A stretch of DNA of 64,000 nucleotides from Bacteroidales bacterium (lineage in GTDB: Bacteria; Bacteroidota; Bacteroidia; Bacteroidales; P3). Shown here piece by piece: positions 44,165-55,700 of the stretch. Numbering within the stretch: position 1 is the first letter of the stretch; each line of letters starts with the position of its first letter. Where the stretch lies: positions 3,483-67,482 of the forward strand of contig JAFVAM010000003.1 of assembly GCA_017480525.1 (NCBI GenBank), given 5' to 3'. Made by a program: the position numbers and the translations under genes. Below the pieces are notes generated by a model that worked only from the letters and a program-made list of their open reading frames with translations, was not told where the DNA came from and ran no database searches.

Positions 44165-45371
44165 CGCCGCCGGGCGGTGCCTGGGCGACTCGGCCTGGCG
44201 GGCCGACGTGAAGACGGCGACGCTCACACGCGACGGCGTGGAGATGGAACCTCCGGTGCTGACGTTCAACAGAATGGGCCAGACCGAGGAGGGATTGGTG
44301 CTGCAGTTCGACGTGCTGGCCGACGAGGGGGAGAACCTGCGCTACACCATAGCCCACTGCGACCGCCACTGGCGGCGCGACGCGCTGGAACCCTACGAGT
44401 TCATGACGGGCTTCGAGAGCGCCCCCATAGAGAACATCGAGTTCTCCTTCGCCACGCTGCGCCCCTATGTGCACTACAGCCAGCGGCTGCCGTCGCGTGG
44501 CGCGGCTTTCACGCATTCGGGAAACTACATCCTCTACGTCACCACCGACGACGGCTCGGACACACTGCTGAGCCGCCGCTTCTGGGTGAGCGAGGGTTCT
44601 GTGGAGACAGAGGCCACCGTGGCGCGGCCCTTCGACGGCGTGGGCATCCGCGAGCGGCAGGAGGTGGACGTGAGCCTCTCGGGCGCGGGGGCAAGGCCGG
44701 AATACGAGCATGTGCTCCTGCAGCAGAACGGGCGCCAGGACAACGCCCGCTGGCTGGCCTACAGCGGCAGCGACGGATGCTGCAAACGCGCCTACCGCTA
44801 CCGCCAGGAGAACATCTTCGACGGCGGCAACACCTTCCGCTTCTTCGACTGCTCCAACCTGCACGCGCCGATGTACAACATCGTGCGTGTGGAGGATTAC
44901 GGCGGCGAGAAGTTCGCCATCGTGCGCCCCGAAGAGGACCGCTCGCGCAAGCACTACCTCAGCGAGCGGACGCTGCCAGGAGGCATGAAGGTCAGCGTGT
45001 CGGACCGCAGCAACAAGGCCGTGGAGGCCGACTATGTGTGGGTGAACCTGAGCCTGCCCATGGCACAGCCGTGGCTGGACAGGGAGGTCTATGTGGTGGG
45101 GCAGCTGACGGACTGGCGTCTCGATTCCACCAGCCGCATGGACTACAAGCCCGAATACCGCGCCTACACCAAGCGGCTGCTCCTGAAGCAGGGCTACTAC
45201 AGCTACCAGCTCCTCACCGTGGGAAGGGCCATCGAGCAGTCGGCCACGGCGACGCTGGAGGGCGACCACACGGAGACCCCCAACGTGTACACCGTCTATG
45301 TGTACCTCCGCGAACCCAGCGACCGCGCCGACCGGCTGGTGGACGTGAAGCGCGTGGCGGCAGGGCGATAG
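44094..45371 (+). CDS. DUF5103 / T9SS plug-like protein (tentative)
   Basis: Signal/lipoprotein-like MKKRAILTAFVLTAAAACG. LVLQFDVLADEGENLRYTIAHCDRHWRRDALEPYEFMTGF matches the DUF5103 pattern as I remember it. Confidence 0.65.
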   Translation: MKKRAILTAFVLTAAAACGQRWDSAAGRCLGDSAWRADVKTATLTRDGVEMEPPVLTFNRMGQTEEGLVLQFDVLADEGENLRYTIAHCDRHWRRDALEPYEFMTGFESAPIENIEFSFATLRPYVHYSQRLPSRGAAFTHSGNYILYVTTDDGSDTLLSRRFWVSEGSVETEATVARPFDGVGIRERQEVDVSLSGAGARPEYEHVLLQQNGRQDNARWLAYSGSDGCCKRAYRYRQENIFDGGNTFRFFDCSNLHAPMYNIVRVEDYGGEKFAIVRPEEDRSRKHYLSERTLPGGMKVSVSDRSNKAVEADYVWVNLSLPMAQPWLDREVYVVGQLTDWRLDSTSRMDYKPEYRAYTKRLLLKQGYYSYQLLTVGRAIEQSATATLEGDHTETPNVYTVYVYLREPSDRADRLVDVKRVAAGR

Positions 45372-45400
45372 CGTCGGAGCGGGAGCGTTTACCTTTTTTT

Positions 45401-46726
45401 TTATTTGTAGGAAGCCTTCAGGACGAGGAGACGGGAGGTGGAGGGGGTGACGCGGAAGCGGTTGTCGAGGCGGAGGCCCACCACCCATACGATGCGGCCG
45501 TCGGCATCGATGGCCACATGGACGCAACGTTTCTCAAAGACATTGATTTTGCAATCCTTCAGGAAGTCGCTCAGGCGGCGCGGATGGTCCATGCCGAGCG
45601 GGAAGAAGCGGTCGCCGGGCTGCCAGGGGCGCAGGCTGAGCGGCAGGTGGAGACTGTCGGCGTCGACGCACTCCTGCAGGCAGAGGGCATCGCGCTCCCG
45701 CGCCGACGGCGCGGGAGGCACGGAGGCCGTGGCCGTGGAGAGCGTGGGCGACACCGCGAAGTCGCGCTCGACCACCAGCAGGCGCTGACGGTCGATGGCG
45801 GCGGCGTGGGTAGCGCTGAGGAAGAGGGATCCCGTGCGCGGCCTGCGCAGGGCCTCGGCCACCTCGGCAGCCACGGCGCTGCTGAAGCCGTAGGGGCGGA
45901 GAAGCTCGAAGAGGAGCGTGGGCAGCGGCTCGAGAGCGAGGAGGTCGGCGAGGACGAAGCTGTGGAAGCCGAAGCCGAAGGGCGAGCGGCCGCTGCGGCG
46001 CAGGCGGCGCGAGAGGTCGTCGACGGCGCGGCCATAGACCTCGCCGGCCTGGGCGAAACGCTCGAGGTTGGCGGCCATGGTGGCGTCGACGGAGGGATAG
46101 AGTTCGCGCAGGAGGGGCATGAGGCGCAGACGTATGCGGTTGCGCTGCGCGTCGAGGAGGGCGTTGGTGTAGTCGTCGGCGAAAGGCAGGGCGTGGGACT
46201 GGACATAGGCGTCGATGTCGGCCCGCGAGAAGCAGAGCATGGGGCGCACCACGGCGAGGCTGCCGAGGCGCGAGCGCGGGCGGATGCCGTGGAGTCCCGA
46301 GATACCGGTGCCACGGAAGAGATTGAGGAAGAAAGTCTCCACGGAGTCGTCGCGGTGGTGTGCGGTGGCCACGGCGGCGAAGCCGTGGGAGCGGCAGATG
46401 TCGTCGAAGAAGGCATAGCGCAGATGTCGCGCTGCCTCCTCGATGCTGCGGCCGGTGGCGGCAGCAACGGCGAGGGTGTCGAAGTCGGCGGTGAAGAACG
46501 GGACACCGAAGTCGCCGGCCATGCGCCGCACGAGGGCCTGGTCGCGGTCGCAGTCGCCGGGGCGGAGGTGGAAGTTGCAGTGGGCTACGGCGAAGGGAAT
46601 GGCGGCACGATGGAAGAGGTGTGCCATGCAGACGGAGTCGCGTCCGCCGCTGACAGCGAGCAGCACCTCCTGCCCGGGGGACAGGAGGTGCTGCTGGAGG
46701 ATGAAGTCGGTGAAGCGTTGCAGCAT
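45401..46726 (-). CDS. tilS: tRNA(Ile)-lysidine synthetase
   Basis: PP-loop LLAVSGGRDSVCM. 441 aa with TilS-like N- and C-terminal domains. Confidence 0.85.
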   Translation of the reverse strand: MLQRFTDFILQQHLLSPGQEVLLAVSGGRDSVCMAHLFHRAAIPFAVAHCNFHLRPGDCDRDQALVRRMAGDFGVPFFTADFDTLAVAAATGRSIEEAARHLRYAFFDDICRSHGFAAVATAHHRDDSVETFFLNLFRGTGISGLHGIRPRSRLGSLAVVRPMLCFSRADIDAYVQSHALPFADDYTNALLDAQRNRIRLRLMPLLRELYPSVDATMAANLERFAQAGEVYGRAVDDLSRRLRRSGRSPFGFGFHSFVLADLLALEPLPTLLFELLRPYGFSSAVAAEVAEALRRPRTGSLFLSATHAAAIDRQRLLVVERDFAVSPTLSTATASVPPAPSARERDALCLQECVDADSLHLPLSLRPWQPGDRFFPLGMDHPRRLSDFLKDCKINVFEKRCVHVAIDADGRIVWVVGLRLDNRFRVTPSTSRLLVLKASYK

Positions 46727-46738
46727 GTGCCAAGAGAC

Positions 46739-49700
46739 TTAGCGAAGAATCATCTTGCGCATGCGGCGGACCCCTTCGACCTCGATGCCATAGTAGTAGA
46801 CGCCGGAGGAGTGGCCAGAGAGGTCGAGGGTGATGCTGTGCTCGCCGGCGGGGTAGAAGCCCGAGAAGCTGTTGAGCACATGGCCCATGGCATCGACCAC
46901 GAAGAAGCGTACGTCGGCGTCGAAAGGCAGCGAGAAGGGCACAGTGGTGACCCCTTCATGGGGGTTGGGGAAGTTCTGGTCGAGGACGAAGTCGTTGACT
47001 TCGACGACAGGCACACCTTCGGCGGAGCTGCGCACCTCGACGATGGAGGTCTGGTTGTTCTCCGGCACGGCATCGTCGCTGAGGGTGAGCCGTGCGCTGC
47101 CGCTGTAGGAGGAGCCGGGAGCCTTGGCGATGTGGCGGTCGAAGAAGAGGCCCACGGTGCTGCCGGCGTTGATGGTGCGCGTGAAGTTCTGCGAGAGGGT
47201 TTCGCCGTTGATGGTGACATCGACATGGACGACACCGGAGGCGAAGGGTGTGTTGCCGTTGTTGCGGACGCTGACATAGACGCGGCAGTCGCTCTGCGAA
47301 TTCTCGATGACGACGACCTTGAGGGCTTCGAGGTCGAGGATGGACGGCAGGATGACGTCGGTGGTGTCGTTGGAGGCATCGTTGTCGCCGGGGACATGGA
47401 CATAGGCCTTGACATTGCTATAGCCTGTGGCACGGGCCGGGAGGCGATAGCTGAAGGTGTGGTAGTCGGTGGCGAGGGCGGCGAGAGGATAGGCATGGGA
47501 GAAGGTCTCCACATGTGCGTTGGCCTCGTTGCCGTCGGTGAAGAAGCCCACCTCGAAGTTGTTGGCACCGCGGGCGCCACGGTTGTCGATGATGAGCGAG
47601 ACGGTGTACCCGCTCTGCGGTGTGCCATCGAGGACAACGGCCCTGGCGGCGATGTCGGTGATGGAGGTGACGCAGTCGACGCGCTTGGTGATGGTGTCGT
47701 TGTAGATGTAGTCGTTCTGCTCGCTCTTGATGATGCCGGTGAGCTTGAGGATGCCCATGGGCGCACGATACTTCCGCTTGAAGGTGTAGTTGAAGTATTC
47801 CAAGGAGGACAGCGGGCGACCGAGGAGTTCGTTGAAGTCGAGTTCTTCGGAAACGGGGTTGAGGTCGTTGACGAGGTAGGTGGCAGTGGCGTGGGTGATG
47901 GCGCTGGCGCCGAAGTTGCGTATGCGCATGGTAATCTGGATGGAATCGCCAGCCACGACTTTGTCGAGCGGGTAGAGGAAGGAGTGTGCCGAAATGTCGT
48001 TGTCGAGCGGTCTGAGGACATAAGTGCGGGTGGCGGAGTCGTTGTCGCGGTAGATGTCGGCCGAGGAGTACATGGTGAACGCCGTGATGGAGAAGGTGTC
48101 GGGGAAGTCGCTGGAGATTACGAAGGGAGCCGTGAAGGTGAAGGTGTCGGTGGCTCCGGGAGGCAGAAGGGCGGGTACGAGACTCTCCTTGGGCAGGTAG
48201 GTTCCATAGTGGATGTAGCCCATGGGGATGCTGGTGATGGTGTCGGTGCCGTAGTTGCGGACGAGGACCTTGGGATAGAGGGTCTGACCATAAGCGGGGT
48301 CCGAAGGCTCGATGATGGAGACGATGCCGATGTCGACGGGACGAGCGGCACGGCCGATACGGAAGTTGTCGATGGCGCAGCCTTCGCCGAAGGCGGCGGT
48401 GGCAGAGGAGCCGACAGGCGTGGTGTAGACGAAGCGGAACTGGAGGCGCTCGTTGAAGTCGCCAGAGAGGCCGCCACGATAGTTGGTGGGGATGTAGTAG
48501 AGGTCGTAGCTGCTGCCGTTGGTGGTGCCGTCGAAGCATTCGTCGTCGCTGTTGTTGTACCAGTGGGTCAGAGAGTCGCGATAGGCGTTCTCCCACTGGC
48601 CTTCGAAGTTGTAGAACTCCAGGCGGAGGCTGCTCTTGTTGGTGAGGTTGCGGCGGATGCGGACGGTGATGGTGTCGATGCGGATCTGGTGGATGTCGAT
48701 GATGGGGCTATAGAGATAGCTGACATTGCCACGGGTGCCGGTGACGATGGTCGAGTGGAGGTCGGTGACCCACGCCCTGGGGGCGGAGTAGGCGGCGTTG
48801 AGGCGCGTCTTGGTGGGGGTGCCGAGTTCCCAGTAGTTGCGTGTGTAGTTGTTGTATCCCTTGGGTGCATACCAACGTTCGTCGATGTCGAAGTCGTCGT
48901 CGATGGGCGGTTCCACGACATAGAAGCGGCTGTACTGGTAGCGGAGGGTGTCGTTGGAGCGGTTGGCGTCGGCATTGTTGAAATACCAGATGGTCAGGTC
49001 GGAGGTGCCATAGGGGAAGACGTGCGGCGGGATGTTGACGATGGCCGAAGCACCGGGAGTGATGGAGCCGTTGTAGGGGATAGTGCCCACGCCTGCCGAG
49101 TCGTTCTCTGGACTGTCGAAGCGATAGTAGAACGTCGGGTTGTCGATGTTGGTGAGGCCTTTGTTGGAGACCCGGAAGGAGATGTTGACCGGGGTGTCGT
49201 TGTCGATGATGTAGTTGCGCGGGGAGACAATCTGAGCCACCGCGAGGTCGGTCTGGATGGGGTCGGGGTCCACATAGAGGAGGAAGTCGATGACATGGCC
49301 CGACATGTCCTCCGGGATGCCCGTGGTGGGGTTGGCTGTGGCCGCGAAGTCGGAGTTGCGGCCGACGACGACGCGCATGCGCATGAAGCCGTAGGAGGCG
49401 TTGTTGGAGATGGAGATGTAGGATGACAACATCTGTCGGTCGTAGAAAATCTCGCCGGGGACGACGGCCTCGTCGGTGCCGTTGAAATTGCCGTTGCGGT
49501 CGAAGTCGATGTATACCCATGCGCGCACACGCTCGGACTGCGCCGTGGGGTCGAGGGCGGTGACCTCGATGAAGATGGAATCGCTCAGGCCACGACGGAC
49601 GTGGAGCACGGGATAGTCGGGGGCGGCATAGGAGGCGAGGTTGGTGTAGGAGCGTCCCTGCTGCGAAATGTCGAAGTCTATTTCATTAAATGATACGCGC

Positions 49701-52700
49701 GTGATGTCGAAGGTGGGATCCTTGGACTTGGAGATGCTGTAGGTGCTTTCAGCCAGGGAGCGGAAGGTGTAGACATTGCGCAGGGTGTCGTTGCGGCGGG
49801 TCTCGTCGGCAGCGAGGTCGGTCCAGACGTTGAGGGTGTAGCTCTGGGTCTGGGTGGGGGTGGGAATCTGGAGGAGGGTGGCGAAGGTGTACACGTGGGT
49901 CTGGCCTGCGGCGATGTTGGTCGCGCAGGTCTCGGTGACCTCCTGGATGACATTGTTGCCGCGCTTGAGCTGGAAGGTGACAGGGATGTTGGACTTGGCG
50001 AGGGTGCCATAGTTGGCTATGCGCACACGCACGGTGTCGTTCTCCATGTAGACACGTCCGCCCAGCGGGGCCAGGACGGCCTCCATGGCCACATCGTTGG
50101 GACGCGGGGCCGCCACACGCACCCATACCGGGGCGTAGGCGCTGTAGCAGTTGTGAGAGGATTTGCAGTTGATGAAGTAGACGCTGTCGCTGAAGTACTG
50201 GGGCGTATTGCTCCACTTGACGGAGCTGTTGTAGGCCGAGGGATGATAGAAGGGGTTGGCGAGGGTGTCGCGATACCAGCTGATGGCAAGGCGGTTCTCC
50301 TGCGAGGCGCGGACCTCGCCCCAGGTGCCGTAGGGCAAGATGGTGTCGTAGCCCACAGGCGGGGCGGGCGAATAGTAGGCGTCGATGACAGGCGACTGGC
50401 TGTTGACAGTGGCCGAGGTGGTGTCGTTGTCGACGGTGACATCGGTGTCGAGTTTGACCCATCCGCGGAGGCGCACCTTGATGTCGATGGCGGTGTCGGT
50501 GGGATAGAGGTTGGCGGGAGCCGAGAAGGTGAGGGTGGTGCTACTCAAGAGGTCGGCGCTGATGGCCCAGAGGTCCTCGGTGAGGACGACGGTCTCCTCG
50601 ACGGTGTCGGGCATGGTGGAGATGGAGACGCCCGCAGGCTGGGTGATGATGGGATGGTAGCCAATCTTGACTGCGGTGCCGGCGTCGATGTCCTTGAAGC
50701 CGACGTTCTTGATGGTGATGGAGAGATGGGCGTCGGTGAGGTTGCAGCCTGTGCGGTCGGAGGCCATACGCGTGGCGGTGAGGTTGTAGGCCGGTGCGAG
50801 GAAGAACTCGGTGGTGCGCTGGTTGTCGTCGAGGGAGCTGTCGGCAGGCAGGACGATGACCACGCGGACGCGGTTGGTGTCGGTGATGCCGAGGACCGTG
50901 GGGATATACGTGCTTGCCAACTTGGACTGTGCCACGGGGAGGGCACCCAGCGGGATGTTGGGAGAACGGGTCTCGGTCTCATGGCCCTCGATGTAGGCAT
51001 ACCAGTAGGCGTCGGTCTCGGGCGACTGACCGTTGTTGTAGAACTCGGCAATGACGAGGACGGAGTCGGACTCGATGTTCGGCGGACGGTTGGTAGTGTA
51101 GTTGAAGTTGAGGTTGGCGGGCATGACGGGTTCGATGATGCGGATGACGGCCACGTCGTGGGCCACGATGGTCATTTCGTGGGCGCCGATGGTGGGGCCG
51201 GGGATCTGGTTGCGCGTGCGTCCATCGAAATCGTCGGGGACATCGGAGAGGTAGTATCCGATGCCGGCGACATTGGTCATGACAAGATGGAGGTCGTCGT
51301 CGGCAGCGAAGTAGGGTTCGGTGAAGACAGAGTTGCCGTCGTCGGAGTTTTTCGTCTGGAGGGCGGCGAGGTCGTCGACCACCGTTTTCCAGTAGAAGGG
51401 ACGGGAGCTGAGGGTGTAGTAGGCGTTGAAATTGGACTCCACGACGGTGTTCAGCTCGGCGACATAGGTGGCATAGCCTTTGCTGAAGTTGGAGAAGATA
51501 TTGTTTGAGATATGGATGTCGGAGACAGTGGTGCCGGAATAGAAGCCGTAGGAGTTTTCGGAGAAGGCCTGCGTGACCTCGCCGCCGTAGACACGGATGG
51601 TGTTGAAGTGGATGTAGACGCTGGACGAGGTGCTGTCAATCCAGATGCCCGCAGGCTTGTTGCCGCTGGAGCCGGTGCCGTAGCAGGAAATCATGTTGTT
51701 GACAACCATGGCGGGGTTGGCGGCGGAGGCGTTGATGTGTTCGAGCTGGATGCCGCGCTTGCCGCCGTTCTTGTTGTCGAAGAGGACAAGGTTGTTCTTG
51801 CTGATGCCGACGTTGCCCGCCGTCTGGGCCAAGTAGATGCCTGTCAGGGCGCGGCCTGTTACTTCGACGCCCGAACGGATGGTGTTGCCAGCGATGTTGA
51901 TGCCGTCGACATTGCGGACATTGATACCCTGCGACATAAAGTTGCGGAAGCTGTTGCCCGTGATAGTGAAGCTGGAGAAGTTGCCGTTGCCGAGGGTGCG
52001 GAAAGCATAATAGCCGCTGTCGACGCTGTTGTTGATGAACGTGAGGGCGTCGACATCGCCCTGCAGCACCACGGCGGAGGCGTTGACATTGTTGATGGTG
52101 CCTTTGACGCGGAATTCGCAGCTGTCGATGGAGATGTGGGAGCCGCTGTTGACCACGAAGACATGGCCGTAGTTGCCTGCACTGCCTGTGGCCGTGGGAC
52201 GCGACCTCATGCTGATATTGCTGATGGAGACATGGGAAGCCGTATCGAGCATGAAGACATAGTTGTGTGCCTGCGAGGTGGCGGCGGCGAGGACGGGACG
52301 GCTTTCGCCGATGCCGATGAAACTGATGGAGTTGACCGACGACGATCCGGGGACATTGCCCAAGACCACCTGCTCGTTGTATGTGGCCGAGGCGACATAG
52401 AAGGTCACCGGGCCTTCGATGCCGGCGACGTTGAGAGAGTCTATGGCCTCGCTGAAGGACTTGAAGACGCCATCGGTAGGACTGATGCTATAGATACCGC
52501 CGCAAAAGCGGACCAGGAAGGAGCGGACGATGGTGTCGTTGGAGGAGATGCCGTCGCCGGGGGCGGCAGCGATGACCCTGACGGTGTGGCGGCCGGGGAC
52601 GAGGACGCGGTCGAAGATCAGCACCTCCTCGGTGGCACCGGAGGCCACGGCGCTGCTGACGACGACGCTGTCGACGGCAAGAGTGTCGAGATAATAGTAG

Positions 52701-55700
52701 AGCTTGATGCCCGAAGCCTGGGCGGAACCCTGGTTGCGAACGTTGACGCTCACCGGCACCGTGGTGCAGGTGTTGTAGGTAAGTTCTTCGACGCCGTTGG
52801 GCCAAGCAACGGCCACATCGACCGACGGCACGTTGACCACCTGCACCTCGTATGGGGTGACAGGGCTGGTGCAGCCGTAGGCATTGGCAGAGATGCGGAT
52901 GACGGGGCGCGAGTTGGGCGTGGAGCCTGCCGTCCCCGTGAAGTCGACGACAGAAGGACTCAAGGCCGAGCTGGAGGTCTTGACGATGGAGCTCTTGGTC
53001 TTGGTGTCGGTGTGGGTCCTGACGCCAGAGGAGTAGGCGGTGGCAATCTGGTGGGCCACCTGCACCACGAGCGACGACTCGCCGTCCCAGTAGAAGGGGC
53101 TGTCGAGCGGGAAGTAGTGCCAGCGTTTGCTCTCGTTGCGCTGGAACACCATGGGCGCGCGGTGGAACACCTCGGTGGTGGCCTTCCAGCTGGTGGTGCT
53201 GGCGAAGATGGTGTCTGACGTGAGGCCGAGGCCTATGTGGTAGTCGTCGAAGGAGACGGAGGTGACGGTGGCGGTACCGAGGATGGTGTCAAGATAGAAG
53301 GCGAGGGTGTCGATGCTGCCGGCCTCGAAGCCCAGCGCCCTGAGTTCGCTGGCGGAATAGATATACTGCTGCTTGACAAACTTGCTGGAGGGCTGGAAGG
53401 GCGAAGGATAGCCGGTGTTGTTGGAGACCGTTCCGAGTTGGCCAACCATGCCCCACACGGGAACCGTGAGCACATAGCCGTAGCCATAGGTGCCGTTGCC
53501 GTAGATGATTTCGGACACATGGGTGTAGCCGGTGTCGATGGGGTTCATCTCCAAGTCGAACCAGACGGGGGTCACTCCGTCGACGGCCGCCAGAGTGACG
53601 GTGTCGCGGCTGTCGTAGTCCACCTGGCGTGTCGCCATGACAGGAGGAGCTGCGGGTGTGAACAGCGGGGTGACGCTGATGGAGTTGGTGTCGTTGGAGC
53701 GTGTGGCGTCTCCTTCATAGGCATTGGCCCACACGGTGACGATGATGGTGGTGTCGGAGGGATAGGCCAGGTTGATGTTCTGGCTGAAGGTGTAGTCGAG
53801 GAGTCCGTTGAGGCCGATGGGGCCGGCAATGGTGTCGGTGACTGTGTCGATGCCGTCGGTGTAGTTGAGCACCACGTTGGAGACAGAATCGATACCGTAG
53901 TTGCGAACACGGACGCTCACAGGCTCCATCGAGAGACCGCAGCTCATGTCGGGCAGCATGGAGGCGCTGACGTCGATGTCGGCTAACGGGGGCGCCAGTA
54001 TCTTCACCTTGAAGATGCCAAAGTTGCCTTCGCATCCATTGTCGACATAGCGAATCCACTCGGGCCGGTTGGAGGCGATGAACATGGGGTCGGCAGCCGT
54101 GGCGAGACGCCAGTCGGCAGCGCCGCCGTTGAAGCCGGTGCGCACGAGGCCTGCCGTGGTGTTGGAGGGGACACTCACTCCGGTGCCGGTCCACACATAG
54201 CTGGGTACGGCAGCCGAAGCCCACGTGATGGCGGGGTTGCCGCTGGCCGTGGCCGTGATGTTGTTCATGGCCACAGCGTCCTCTATGACACCGGCATGGC
54301 GGTAGACGATGGCCACGTTGGAATTATAAGCGATGGTGGTGCTTGAGAGCGGGGTGCCGGTGTGGATGGTCATTTCGGGGTTGGCAGAGGTACCCGTGGC
54401 CCACTGCACCACGAGGGACTGGCCCGGCTCCAGGAAGACGCTGTCGGCGAAGCGGAAGACCTTGTTGTTGATGTTGCTGGTGGGCGAGATGGTCTGGATG
54501 GTGTCGCCGAAGAGGTTGGCGCGGGCGTCGCCGACGTTGGTCAGCTGCAGGGCCACCTTGCGGCCGGAGTTGATCCAGTATGGCATCACGGGCGTGAGGC
54601 CGGCGTTGGCATTGCCACGGGCAAACTCAAGCTGGGTGATGCGGACGATGGGTTTCTGGCGACGCTGGCGGATGTAGTATTCGCGCTCGCCGCGGACGGT
54701 GTCGGTGGTGAACGACGGACCCACGAAGAACGGCTGCGCATCGGTGCTGTCGAGATACCAGTAGATCTCCGACGGACGCTGCGGCGCAGAGGTGTGGTTG
54801 TAGACAGGCCACTGCTCTACATTGAGGGTCGGCGTGAGGGTGGTGGTGGTGGCATAGTCGATGGTGACGCTGTCGTTGCCGAGCTTGGCGGGGCTGTAGC
54901 GGCTGACGACGGTGAAGGTCGCCGTGTCGTTGGTCTGGTTGGGGTCGTTGGCGAAGATGGTCCACACGCGGATGGTGTAGGTCGAGTCGCGCAGACCGTT
55001 GGCAGGGAGCTGCAGCATGGCGCCGGTGGGTACCGAGACGGTGTCCTCGGCAGGGATGGTGGTGCTGATGGAGGCTGTATGCACGGCGCCGCCGTTCACC
55101 TGGTAGCCAATGGAAAGGTCGCCGCCGGAGTAGGAGTTGACGCCGCTGTTGCGCAGCAGCACCACAAGCTCGCTCTGCGCAGGCATGTGGCAGTTGTCGG
55201 CCAATGGGTTGAGCAGGGCTTCGGGTTCGAAGTCGTAGCCCAGCGAGACAAACTCGAAGGCACCGGGGCAAGTGGCGGCGGTGTTGCGGAGGCTGTCGAA
55301 CATGTCGCGCGTCACGCTGGCAATGGGGATACCGACACCCTTGATAGCACGGTTATATGTGCGGAGGTCCACCAGCGAGCCATTGAGGAAGTTGGGGTTG
55401 GTGACGATGGAAGCGACGTCGGAGGGCACCTGGTTCTGCCAGGCCGTGAGGTCGGCGCAGGCAGTGCCGGCATAGCGGTTGAGCGTGGTGCCGAGGGAGA
55501 AATAGACGTTGTGGCCCACGGTGTTGTTGGTGCTGGTGCCGGGGGTGTAGTTGAGGGCGTAGTTGGAATTGTAGTCGAGAGACACGACGACGTTGTTCAC
55601 GAAGGAACTGTTGGTCAAGGTTCCGCCGCCGAAGGTGGCGGCAGCCACGTTGCTGCGCGTGGGTGCCGAAAGCTTCACCGAGTTGTACACCACGTCGGCA

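Noticed and set aside
44177-49426. 1749-aa plus-strand ORF spanning the plug-like gene, tilS and part of the giant gene.
   Set aside because: Its composition is dominated by Gly, Ala, Arg, Val, Asp and Glu, and it has no recognisable motifs. It runs antisense to tilS and the giant gene, which are well supported (PP-loop, Por tail), and out of frame with the plug-like gene. This is a typical stop-codon-poor antisense frame in GC-rich DNA.
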